Assembly (NCBI GenBank): GCA_051530055.1
Contig: CM121341.1
Coordinates: 17,276,784 to 17,340,783, forward strand
Reading direction: 5' to 3'
From: Neoechinorhynchus agilis
Lineage: Eukaryota > Animalia > Acanthocephala
Length of the DNA: 64,000 bases
The notes under the pieces: generated by a model
Databases searched by the model: none
What the model saw: the letters and a program-made list of their open reading frames with translations, nothing else
What the model was told of the DNA's origin: nothing
Program-made: the position numbers and the translations under genes
In this document: in pieces, positions 12,177 through 25,264 of the stretch
Position numbering within the stretch: position 1 is the stretch's first letter
How the letters are laid out: every line of letters begins with the position of its first letter

Positions 12177-14849
12177 GTCTAAAATTTTACGTTTAAAAGT
12201 ATGATTATAGGATTTTTCGCATTGCAATAAGAAGATGCATCTTTGCAGACGTTTGTAATGAAACGTGGCATCAATTAGAAGCTCAGAAAAAACAGAGTTG
12301 CATTTTCAAAATAAACATTTTAAGGCTGTTAGTTTAATTTGCATAAACAAGGGTATCTCATCAATGCAATCTAATCCTTCATATGGAATTCGCATATGCT
12401 CTCATTGGACGTTGATTAATCGTATTTTTTCCATAGCATCGCTAAATCCTTTCATAAGGCACAAAATTACGAATTGTTTTGATATATGGGAAAATAATTA
12501 TTTTTTTCACTCGTAGTGGAAATCTATTTTTTTTAAATAACCCTCAGGGTTATTCTACTTTGATCGTAGACGCTATTTATTACGATTAGTTTAGTTGCTA
12601 TGTGATCTATATTTTCCCCTGTTTTACAGCAATCACGGAACTATAAACATCTAAAGGCATTGTCATGCGTGATTGAGTTGCGAAGTACCATATGAGCCAT
12701 AAAATAAATGTATTTGGATTATTACTCAGCCATATAGAGCCAAATTTTCTAATCAACAATTTGGCAGCGAAAACGGGGCATGTTTCGAAATTCCGATAAG
12801 AAAAATCTAAATGGCACTAAAGTAAATGCCAAAAAAGTGATCAAAGATAATGCTGAAAATGTAAGATAACATTGAGATAAGAGAAATTGTGTAAAATTGC
12901 TTTCATTTCAGATTCATGTAATTTGAACGAGGCACCAAATTTTCCGCAAGTTAGAAGCAATTAATCAAAATTAGCGGTGAAATGCATGCAAACATATTTA
13001 TTAGCTTGATTAAAATTTTGATCGTGCAATGATTATTCTACATCTTACTTTTATTAGTTAAACTATGCTCACTTTTAACAGTTGGTAAATCTTTTTCAAA
13101 CAAGAAGTGTTTAAAGAAAAATTGCGATTCAAAATGTTAAAATCAACGCAAAAACTATATGCATCGGTTAGTAGAATAGCTTCATCCTCTAACGCAATCA
13201 GAACAACGAGCTTGTATAAAAATTTCTTGGCTTCTGATTGGCTACACATTCATTTATCAAATCGTCTGATTTTACTTGATGCAAAATGTTAAGTGTCTCT
13301 CCATTGCTGAGCACCGTCATCAATTATCATCTAATTATGACAAGAAGTGCTTTAATTTAAGGGAAAAGCATAGGTAAATGTATTGAATGAGTTGCATTGA
13401 AATGAGAAAATTAGTAAATTTGAACAGAGCATAATGGTTCATTGTGCCATGCATTAAGGTGAAAAGCGTATTTTGTGTTGTTTGGGCAATATAATTTGCC
13501 AAAGGCTCATCATTCGCGTTTGTCGCCACCTGATAATAAAATCAGAGTCTATATCTTTTGAATTGTTACAAAAATTGAGTTTCTGTACAATTTTCCATTT
13601 TAAGCAAGTTTATGGTTTGCTAATAAACTTGCCTAAATCAATAAACATTCTCGTTTTAAGCTATATTGAGTTCAATGGAGTAGCAGTCATAGTCCACGAA
13701 GCGGAACAAAAAATAAGCACATATCGACGAGATCAATATAAGCCGCAGATTGCGTTCTCGATTGCCTCATTAAATTGACAACATTTCGCTCATGCGTATT
13801 ATCTCCTGGCGTTCAACAAGTTTGAGCTGCCAAATTCACGCCTATTCACGCATTATGAGATGCTTTCATCAAAAAATTTCACGGTAATGAGTCATGTCAA
13901 ATCACACCAAAATTGGCATGAGCTTTCACATTCACGAGTAGTTAGTTGATAACGAGCAAAGAATTGAAGATAATAATTTCGGTGAATTCGAATTTTTAGA
14001 ATGGATTAAGATCCTTTGTGGCAATGGGGTCGATACAAATTCTATTTCCTTGATTAATCTAGCAAAGGCGATCGTTCGGCAGTTCAAAGGTAAGAATTTT
14101 TGATGACAATTAAGATGAATATTTTGAAAAAACGAGTTTAATTAAGAATTTCGCTGAAAGTTGATTAAATCTTATGAAATGTTTATGGGGAAATGCGATT
14201 GATTTTGAATCAAAAATTAAAACATATGATTTGTTTCCTATTTTGACCTTTTTTCAACGACGAAAACTATAATGAAGTCACAAAGACAAAAAACAATCGG
14301 CTGTTTCTTACCAAAAGCCGTATTGTTATGAGGGCAAAACGCATTTAATAAATCAAAATTGAACTAAACCTTGAAAAAAGTTTAAGAATGCATCGTGCAC
14401 TTAAACTAAATCACGCAATTCGTGTATTTAAATATATATTCAATTACCATATCTTTCTTATTCAGAAAAAACAATCAATCTTAAGTAAATTTTGATAAGA
14501 TTGCCAACCCATAGATCAATTGAACCGATTACCTTAACGCCAGAATTAACCTTAACAGCTCATACTCACAAGACGCATGTGTTCAAAGTTGCTTTATCTC
14601 CAAAAGTCAAAATCTTACGATCCGAATAAGCACGTGGTTGTTTAATCTTGCCATAGTTTAGTCATATGTCGAAGTGGACGAATCAAGGGCCTTTAATGGC
14701 TACTAATTCAAAAAGTGTCTTGAAACTATGACGATAATAAAAAGATCCACTCGAACGGTACGTTATGAACCATATCGACGGAAATGCAATCAAAAATCGT
14801 GAGTTTTTTCTACATGATGTCTGCGAATTTTGCATTAAATCATCTTCAG

Positions 14850-15411
14850 GTCGAAATATATCGTCCAAACGATAGACCAGAAGATACCGTCAATTAGATC
14901 TCATGAAAATGTTCGATTAAATAATAAATTGTTTAAGACATCCAAGACGGTGCCAGTATTCGAGACAAACCGGAACTTATTGAAACACTCAAGAATCTTG
15001 CCCAAGGATGAAGACAGCCAGGGATCGAGAAGTGAAAACGAGAAAAAAATTGTTAAGATTGAGGCTAGTAGAAAAACCCGGCAAAAATTCCGGAGAATGA
15101 TGGCACTGGCAATGTCGATTGTGCCAAGTATTTATTCAAACAAATTTACCGACTGCAAAGTACTCGCGGAAACTCTAAAGTACATTCAAGTAAGCAAAGT
15201 GGTTAACATTCTTTTAAAATTTTATCTCGAATACAATGTGAGTGAGTTGGAGTATCTATATTGGATTGAAAGCGATAAAGATGTTTTTCAAGCGGCTTTA
15301 AAGGATATAGCGGAAAAATTCAATATTGAAAGAGTGGATATATCCTCTTTTAACAATCGAATGAGAAAAGATTGGGATGTTGCACAGCTAAGAAAAACTG
15401 TTTTTTATTAA
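14850..15411 (+). CDS. Divergent bHLH protein (paralog B; 5' end unresolved)
   Basis: Frame is open from acceptor catcttcag|14850. KIEASRKTRQKFRRMMALAMSIVP...DCKVLAETLKYIQV fits bHLH basic/helix 1, loop and helix 2 spacing. Confidence 0.6.
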
Positions 15412-17419
15412 CTCATTTGAATGTGCGCGTGGTTGTGATTTATTATCAAATTAATACAATAGCCAAATGTCATTTTCGTAAAGATTGTTCATTTTAAAAT
15501 GTGCGTCGAAAAAGAGCATTTCTGTCAAGCGTTTTAAAAAATTGTACATTGATTTAAATAATCGGATATATTGAAATATAAACTGCCTTTTGCCTTTTTT
15601 TAATATTGAGCTTTCCAAAAAACGCGGTTCAATGAAAATTTAATGGAAGGATCGAACTTTTTTAATATTTGCATAAATGAAAATGAATCAGTCTCCTTGT
15701 GCATCGTCCAGAGTTTTGCGCTTCAACCAGCCAATCAAGCAAGTCGCAGGCCAATGATAACACGGCTTTAAACGTTTAGACCAAAATTCCGTTTACGACT
15801 CGAAGTTAGATTTTAACTAAATGTCAGCGAGGCTGTAGATGAAAAAACTTAAAAGATATCGTGAGTAGCTGCATCAGTGTGCAAGCATTTAAAAGTGACA
15901 TCCGTTTAATGATTTAGAGCTAAATTCAACTTTCAAGATGATGCAATCTCCAATTAAAAATTTAAACAGTGAGTGCGAGAATTTTGTTCACCTGATCGGT
16001 ATTTACGATCCGCATAAATGGTGTGCCCTGATGCTCGTAATTCATTTAACAGCAGAATATTCCAATTGCAAATAACTCAAATTAATTTTTCGACGGCAAA
16101 TTTAAAAGTTTGAAAGGATTTGGGAGCTCAATCTTATCTACACGCAATTCACTGTCGAAACTAGAGCGATTCACATATTGTACATTATCTTTGAACATTA
16201 GTGTGATTTATTGACTGATAGATTGAAAACAATCACCAATCTTACCCATAGGACCGCTCAAAATGCCATATTATCGTTTGTGCGTTCTTATCAGAGTCTA
16301 AAACTCGCCTGGTTTCTGAACCAACTACCATGTACAGTTTTTGGAGAAATTGAGTCTTTTGTTTATTTTCCGATAAATGCATTGATTTTTTAAATTAATG
16401 AATCGTGTGGCGCCCATCTGTTTAGGTATCATGGGTATCGATCAATGGGAATCGCTTTTATTTCGTCAGCTTGTCTTATTACAGTTAAAATCTAAAACAC
16501 GATTATTTTTCAGCACCATTCTAAGACCATAAAATAAATTGTATAATAGAAGGCTATCTTTTGTTGAACATTTTGTCCCCAATCCAAACCTGCAATATTT
16601 CTCTGATTTCATCAAATTATGAATTTTCAATAATTCTTTTAATTTATTTTTATAAGGTGCGATTTTAATTATATGATTTAAATATATTTCAGCCAATGGG
16701 CTTAAGTCCTCAATTTCTTGTATTTTACATACTGAGTGATTCATGTGAGCAACCTTATTTTATTAATTGCACAAAACACGCTTGAATAAAAATTCATTAT
16801 TTTGATTGATGGGTGGTAATACAAATTGGAGGCATCAACTGAAGTCAATGATTTAGTCACTTAAATTTTTACGCTTGAAAAATTATAGTCACGTACTGGT
16901 TATGCAAACGTGCAAATTTCTGGATTATTATTTTGATTTCGCCGATTTCTTACTCTAACACTTTTCTGTTGAACAAATATTTAATCTTCCAATTTTTCGA
17001 AACGATTTCGAATTTTTTTAGCTGCACGAAAATATTCGAATAAGTTTTATAAAAGCGTTTGGTCCATTTTTATTATTTTTTGCTTAAATTTGCTTGTGTG
17101 ATTGATGACTATTATGTGATTCCATATGCAATACTTTTAAAAAGATCGTATGATTTACGATTGATCTTTTGATGTAATGTGTTAAAGATCAAAGGGTGCT
17201 TATGTACCCGAAGGCGTTAGTGAGCAAATCCATTCTCAAGCTAATCAAAGCTAAATCGAATCGTGCTCTTGAGCATCTATAAAAATAATTATTCTTAAAT
17301 CGATAAATTCGTTCATGTGATGTTTTTAGTCTCGTGATTTATGAAAGGCAAAACTTGCTCATCCATGAGAGAACCGCACACCCTCTAGTTGTTATTTTAT
17401 GAGTAAATCGTTTTAGAAA

Positions 17420-18219
17420 ATGAACACGACCAATGTGTTTGAATATCTCGAAAATCCTAACCAATGGTCTGATCTAGGGTCTAATAACCAGCAGCAACAG
17501 CAAGCGTAAGTCTATTTCATTCGTAAAAATACTGATTGGCTGATAACATTTTAAGTTACATGTACAATCAAGAACAATCTTCAAATTATTATGCCCAGAA
17601 CCAAGAATACACTCCAGGTTACTACTATGGATCTTATCCTTCTAATTGGGGACAACATTATTCGAACCAGCAAGTTCCGATTAATCCTATAATTGAAAAT
17701 GAGCATTTTAAGACTGGGCAAAGGAGGCCAAAAATGGGCAAAAAAGATTGTTTGAAAAAGATAAAGCACAATAATGTTGAAAGGAAGCGAAGGGACAAAA
17801 TAAGAGATGCTACATTAAAGATTAAGGACGTTCTACCAGGCTGTATATTAAAAGCAAGCATCGGGGAAGTTTTAGAGGCAACTCTTGACTATGTCAAGGT
17901 AACAAGAATGACGAGCATCATAACCAAAATGCTTTTTGGTCATCAATTGATGCAATTGGAGGTTGATTATTGGTTAGCATGCGATGAAATCGTATTTGAT
18001 CAAGCCATTAGTTATGTTGATCACGTATTTTCTAAAATTCAGTTCCAATTCGGGTACACGACCGAAATAATCAGAGCAGAACGAAATCAACTTTTGGGAC
18101 GAGTAGAAGAATTTGATAATGTTGTATTGAATCAAGATAGTCATGGAAAGAAAAGGCGATTCAAAAATCAAGAGCCTCAATTAGATTTTCGGCGATACTC
18201 AAAGCGAAATAAGTATTGA
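17420..18219 (+). CDS. Class-B-like (USF/SOHLH-like) bHLH transcription factor (paralog C)
   Basis: ATG at 17420, 50-nt intron 17506-17555. KIKHNNVERKRRDKIRDATLKIKDVLPGCILKASIGEVLEATLDYVKVT has the H-E-R DNA-contact triad; high similarity to paralog A continues past the bHLH. Confidence 0.88.
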
Positions 18220-21133
18220 CTTTTTTGAGAGTTACAGAAATTCTCGAGTTTTTAGTGTAAATTGAAGAGTGTACGTTTATTGTTAGTATCAATAAAATTA
18301 TATCGTTTTCGCATTAGTGGGCTATTTAAATCAAAACAAAATTTCGCCAGGATTTACTTTTGCAACGGCTTGTCGCTAATCCATGAATGCATTGCAGTTA
18401 ATACATCAATCGAGTCTGAAGCGTATTTAATATTTTATGAAAATACCACTATTCGTTAGTATGAAATTGCTACGACCATCACCTGATTCCGAATCAAGTT
18501 AAAGCGAATCTTATTCGAATAATAAATATTGCAGCTAACTAGTCGCATTTATAACTAAATTAGGATCGCTATTCGATTTAAAGGCGGTCAATCAGCTAAT
18601 CGAGAAAGATTTTGAACAACGAATAGAAGTTTGTTAGTTTTGTAGATAATTTCCAATTAAAATATTCGGAAAACTTGGGAGGTTTTCTAGTTATTCATGA
18701 ACACAATGGACACTTAAATAGAAATCGTAAGCTCACTGAATGTCAAATCTTTTCGCCTGTATTTATATGACGGTAACATGCAGGATTTTTTAAATGGCCG
18801 CTTTGTGTTGAACAATCATTTCCTCGGTTTCTTTTTTTATTGATTAAAATCAGTTAATTGCGGTCCAACGGATTGAGGGCCTACCTTAATGTACGAATTT
18901 CTGCTATTTTTCGTTTCAATCGTTAAAACTGCTAACTTTGCGCACCAAAAGCAATGGCCAAGGTATTCAAACTGTGCAGAACTTTAAAGCTTTGTTAGGA
19001 TTGTAATATTTCTCTCTCTTAAAATGATTATTTTGCCATTCTCGATGAAATAGAAGCATATAATTTTACACTTTCATCATGCGATAATTTCCGTTCTTTA
19101 TGTGACTGATGAGTAGAGACAAATTTGTTGAGAGAAAGCACTAATTTTTGTTGTTTATCTTACTACTAGAAGACTTCGTTCACTTTAAATCCCTTAGCGA
19201 TGCATATAGAAAAATTCATTTCTTGGAGGATCCACAATGCCCGCAAATTTAAATATGACGCTCTATAAGTAATTAAAGTACCAGATCAAAATATCGCTTT
19301 TAATATATGCTAATTTTATAATTTCCCTGAAGACGTAAAGCCATTTAATCGAACAGACAAACCTTCGACGTTAAATTATCATCTAAACCTTCTGAAGCAC
19401 GATTGAGCGTCAGATTAAAATTGCACTTTTCAAAATTCTCGACTTTTATCAGTAGCGATCTGAGAACAATCCATAGCTATCATCTCGTAGATATCTCAAA
19501 TTGTCTACCAGCACTAGAGTGTACTCATTGTTATGGCTTAATTCATTAATTTAATTCACTTCTAGAAAGTAGGTCCTCGTTTTGTCGGTCATTTGTGTTA
19601 TTTTGTAGCAATCGGTGAATGTGAGTGTCCTATATGCATTTAGGAATGAGGCATGATGATAAATCATGGATCCGCCTTAATTCGACTAACATAAAGGAAG
19701 GCACCGGTGATTAATCCGGTAATTGTTTCGCGTCTAAAGAAAGTTCATTTGGAATATCAGCAGCTTCGTGATATTGTTCTTTAATTATTGACAAAGTGAA
19801 CTAATCAAACGATACAAAGCGATCATTGTTTAAAATTGATCAATCTTTTCGATTGCGAAAAGAATGATAGACTATATTCTCAAGAACCGAGAAAATGAAA
19901 TTTTTACATTTTACCCCAAAAATTGACATTTATGTATCGATAGCAGAAGAGCGGCCTCGGTGCCAGGATACACTTTTTATGAATGTTTAGTATGTTGCCT
20001 GGAGATGAATGATTTTGCATTTTTCATTGCGCAGAATAGTTGAGATTCCTGCTACAAATTCTATGCAATTTTCTCTAGAAGATTCCATAAGAGAATTGGG
20101 GGAAAAGAACAAATTCTAAATACCGGCAAAAGGCAACAATCGTGCTAATAGGTACATTTTCTGTTGAATCTTATTTTCTTGGAGTCAAAGAAACACGATA
20201 TGACAAACATTAGCATCCAGCAAGATTGTTTTATAATTGTTCCTCTGCGTTATTCACTGGGAATACACATTGTTAAGTGTGGGCGTTCGGTGAAACACAT
20301 ATCGAGAAAAAGTATCAAATGTTTCTGATCTCAATATAGAAATATCTTGAGAGGATTTGGTAGGTCGGGGGAAAAACAATTCGACGGGTTTCTGAGGAAA
20401 TGCCAATGGGTTCATAAGCTGGATAAAATGTCACATGCATTTGCGCATATTACTTGTGGCACTCATAATATCTTTTATATTCGCATTTGAAGAATACTCA
20501 GGATACACGTGTTTAAGATATCCACTATGACATTTTAGGGAGAAAAGATCATTCTATTTGTTTTTCTAGGTAAACATGCTGCAGACATAGGAAAGTAAAA
20601 ACCTTTTCCTTTCGATAGTGAATAAGATCTTAGTTGCAAATTCTATATGCTTTCGGACAACTGTGCAATCTACATAATGAAATTTTCTGTCAGGAAAGGG
20701 TTTGAGAAATTAATTTATCCATGGATCCTTTTATATTTCCTTACTGACCCGTTTCTTTCAACAAGTAAAACGAACACTAAATAGCGACGTGTAAACACAT
20801 TTGATCCACGACTTCCTTCATTTATATGTAAATTCCGCTATCTCAGCATATTCAATCCGGGTTATTAAAACTTCGAAACTGATCTAAATATAAATATTTG
20901 ATCGTAATCATGTTTCACCATTTAACTGTATTTTGTACTAGTCCCACTCCTTATGCCACACGACACTGTCATCTTAGTATATCGCAATATTTCTTCAATC
21001 GCACGCTTCCTTTAGGGCGATAGAAAATATTTTCGGTTTTTTGAAAATGTTTTAGGTTATTTTGTACGCTTTTAAGCCCACAAGATGAATTGCTTTCACG
21101 TTAATTTCTATTCGTATGGGTTATAAAGTAATC

Positions 21134-21277
21134 GTTGTGTAGTGGCGACAAAAATTATGTAAATTTATTGAATCGATATTTCGATTCAAGATTTATTTAG
21201 AATCTTGATAAAGCCTCTGGATTGAGCCGAAAAATCGATTCTATAAATTTACATAATTTTTGTCGCCACTACACAAC
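21134..21277. mobile_element. MITE-like fold-back with about 42-bp arms and a possible 4-bp AATC target-site duplication
   Basis: aatc|gttgtgtagtggcgacaaaaattatgtaaattta...taaatttacataatttttgtcgccactacacaac|aatc. Confidence 0.8.
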
Positions 21278-22827
21278 AATCATGAGCAGTTTCATTTTTC
21301 TATAAAGTAATCTCAGGAACCAAATTTACAAAAAATGAATTGCGTCTTTAAATGTAGATTTTAAAGTTCGCAAAAGTATTTCTCTAGCTAAGCAATTTAC
21401 CGTATCAGACTTCAATTTCCTAAGATTTATTATCTTGATTTCATTCAAAAATTAAAATGTCTGAAAATCTACACAGATTTCACTCCACTCTTACGCATCG
21501 CTGAAGGCTCAAGAGGATTGTCCAAAAATTTGAATATGCTGGAAAATTTGATATTGAAGTTGGAATCGTCTGTGAATTTGCGCAAAACTAGAAATGAAAG
21601 TGAATTTAAGCGAGCAAACGTTGCATACAACTTGAGACACCCAATGGAGGTTTTCTTTATTTGCCTTGATATTTCGACAAATCGATATCAAGGTGAGGAG
21701 TTTTAAGTTAATACGTTCGAGGTTTCTAGCACCACCACTATGGATACTTAACGTCGGGCGACATAGCAACTTTAACCTGCTTTAATGTAAAATTTGTTTC
21801 GTCTTGTTTCCACTTTGGTTGTTTTTTTAAAGGAACTATCGAATCCTTAATTCAATAAGGGAAAATTCATGAAATATTAAGCGGAAAGCGATTTAAATGA
21901 GAAAGCAAAAAACCGCTAAGATACCTTTGATCAACATAACAAATGTCAGGTAATCAATTCTTTATTGAACGATTAATATCAAATCATACTGCATGTAGTG
22001 ACATTTAAGCTCAAAATAAGAAGCGAGTTATTATCTATGAAGCATGTAGAAACTCGAATCTCATTTTACCGCTTCACCGGATTCGCATCAACCAAGATCT
22101 TGTTGTTGGGTACTCAAAATAAAACCAATGAAGTTTCGTTCTATTGACATTTTCGTTACAAAAACGCCATCTTGTCACTAAATGTGAAGAAACAAGCACC
22201 AAAGTACAACCTGAGGCCCGCGATTCGAGCGCATTCTGGACCATTTGAAATTTATCAATCTGAATTCATTTTCTGCATTTATTTGCCATTTTAATCTATA
22301 TTATACATTGTCAGCTGTTTCCGTTGTCGGTTTCAACGATTTTCATTAAAATTTACACTTGCAAAAGTATTCAGTTCATATTGTTCTCGTCTCTAGGAAT
22401 CGATGCCTCAGAAGCACAAAAACGAAAATTAATCAAAATTTAATGCCACTAGAACAACTTTAAAAGTTCAAGACTTTCATTGCTAAAAATCTGAGTGTCC
22501 TACGGCTTCCCTTTAAAAATTGCTCTCAATCTCCGTTTCTTATATTTCGTTAGGTTCCATTGATGCACTTTGACTCTTGAAATACCTTTTTCAAAAGCGC
22601 TCCTAATTCTTCGCCTTGAATAACTTGTTGTCTTTGATTGTGTAAATGTGTGAAACTTAGTTTGCAGTAGATTTGGACTTAATGAAACTCTTACTTCTGC
22701 AAGGCGTCAGACACATTACTTTCGCTTCCATAGAGTCCTTCCACTTTAACCAAACGACTTATAATTATTCCCTTTTCGGTACAACCAAAAGCTCCTTTAC
22801 CAAACACACTCATTTAAGACATCAAGT

Positions 22828-25202
22828 ATGGATTGGCCGAAGATCGTTGTATATCCATGGAATTTCTCTTGTTGTTCATACATGGATCATCCTGAATGCA
22901 TTTGGGCTCCGGTACGTGAGTTTGGTAACAGTACTGCAATCGATAGGAAACGACAGATTTGCCAAAATTTAAGCAAGTACAATCGTATCTTGAATGATAC
23001 TGTGAGTACAGCGACTTTGATAATCTTTAGCATCGGTGTTATCTTGCACAGTATGTGCATCGTAATATTTAAGAAAGGTAGAATGAATCGAATGCCATCA
23101 ATCAAGTCGTTCATGCTTCTAAGTACTTGGAATCTGATAACATTGTTTACTAACTACATTCACTACTTTACACGCAATTTCGTTAGGACTTTATACGACT
23201 CCAGCGTGTTTTGTGGGATGTTTGGAATTCTGTTCATTTATCCAAGACAAATGTCATCTTGTATTATGAGTCTTATTTCAATTGAACATATGATCATCAT
23301 CAAATATCCCTTCTGTCGTCATTACGTCAATCGATATAGGACTTATATGGTTTTTATTATAATGATCATTTTGGCCATTCCGATCCCGTTTGATTTCATC
23401 TTATTCACAAGCAGGAAAACTCCAACTGGACGAGATCACTGCGTAGCCAGAGATCATATCAAACACGCAAAATCAATACAAATCGCAAGGACAGCTTCTA
23501 ATATGCTTTTTTTTGCAATACTACCCTGTGTGATCATTGTCTGGTGCAACGTGGAAATCCTAAGAATTCTCACAAAGTCCACTGTTGTCAAAATTATGAA
23601 GGCAGCGTTTTTGTTCATCGGTGAGTGTATGGCTGCAGAATTTTTTAAGTTGACAGAAATCGTTTACCTTAATATACTAGAATCGGATTTGCATTTTTTT
23701 CTTGAAATTGAAAAGTACATGTTTATCACACTTCCTCTTTGAATCACATATACAAATTGATATTAGTCATTTTCCATATTTTAGATATTAATAATTTGAA
23801 ACAAAATTAGCAATCGTACTCAGTGAAAAGCCGACAAATTCTGAAATAACATTTTTCTACTTGATAAAATAGACGAAGCTGGATTTTCTTTTAAAATTAA
23901 GCAGTATAGTTTTTATTGCCCTAAAACTTTGAAATTGTATTTTATAAAATAATAACCCGATTCTGCTTCAATGTGAAAAGTGCTCCAGATTCATAGCTTT
24001 CGAGATTAGAAGCAATCACGACCATTATTACTTCCGCCGTTAAGCATTAATTGCAGCATAGGAAGTAATTGTTATTGCCGACAATAATTGAGGTTAAAAT
24101 GTGGCTTTTAAGAGCGCTTAGTATTTAAATCTAAACCATGGGAGTACCATCTGATTGCAAAATGTTTTTCATTTAGAGCAGTATTCCCTTACCGATGAAT
24201 AGTTTCTAATGAAATTCAGTGGAGCGATGCAATCGAGTTTTTTCGATCCATAAGAAGCTCGAAAAGATTGTAAGATGTGTTCTTCAAGCTTTACAATTAT
24301 CCATGATGAATCACGATGTCACCTATTACACCTAAGAACTCGTCTGGGGATTTTAGTAGATTTTAATCAGCTAGAAAAATCTCTCGTGCGATTTATTTCG
24401 ACATTATACTCATTGCAATGTAAAGAGTGCTTCCTTATTCGGATCAGCATTGTTCGGCTGTGATTTTGTTTGAAAATGTTTGGTCTTCATGAATGAAATG
24501 TATATACATTTTAAATGAGCTATCTCTTCTATATAGTCGACTATTAAAAGTTGAATCGACTCTGAATTGTACCTAAATTACAAATATTTGTTTGCTTTTT
24601 TGCTATTACTAATTAATATATCGTTATAAGTTAGGCCAATAAACATCTCTTCTATATAATCGACTACTAAAAGTTGAATAGACTCTGAATTGTACCCAAG
24701 TTATAAAGATTTGCTTTTTGCTATTATTAATTATTATATCGTTATAAGTAAGGCCACTAATACCACTCTCTATCTGATGGCGACCTTCACGGACTCTTGA
24801 ATGCTTGTTTAAAAACGCTGCCATAGGAATACTTCTACAAAGGATGCTCATTCGTCATTAAACCAACGAACTAGGATGCAGATTGTCCTTTCATTTGCGT
24901 TCTTTTTGTTCATGATGCCATACTACCTCCACTGGATGGCAACGTTGGCTTTCAAATTTCGTTCATACTGCCGCTCATTGGGCAATTTGTATGAAGATGT
25001 TCAAATGTGTATGGGTGCAGAAGACCCAGTTTGGACTGGCATGGAACGGGTTATGAGAGACGTCAATCACTCGTTGCACTTTATTCTATATTACTTCACG
25101 AGCCCTTCTTTTCGGAAAGATTTTATGGTTATATTTTTGGGACGAGACGGTGGTGATCAAAACAGACGTGCAAATGAAGCAGTGGATCAGCCAAATGATT
25201 AA
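22828..25202 (+). CDS. Rhodopsin-family (peptide-receptor-like) GPCR, at least 2 exons
   Basis: Exon 1 carries TM1-5 (GVILHSMCIVIF, LSTWNLITL, SLISIEH..IKYPF, ILPCVIIVWCN). The last exon carries TM6 FFLFMMPYYLHW and TM7 VNHSLHFILYYFTSPSFRKDF. The exact junction is ambiguous. Confidence 0.85.
24522..24765 (+). repeat. Tandem duplication, 123-bp period, 2 copies
   Basis: atctcttctatata(g/a)tcgacta(t/c)taaaagttgaat... starts at 24522 and 24645, inside the GPCR intron. Confidence 0.85.
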
Positions 25203-25264
25203 ATACAGGCAGTTGTAAATGTCAATTCAAATTGAAATAAACATTTCCCTTAAAGTCATGAGTT

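Noticed and set aside
14630-14640. CACGTG E-box near the bHLH cluster (also tcacgtgac near 3887) suggesting autoregulation
   Set aside because: A few 6-mers are expected by chance in 64 kb.
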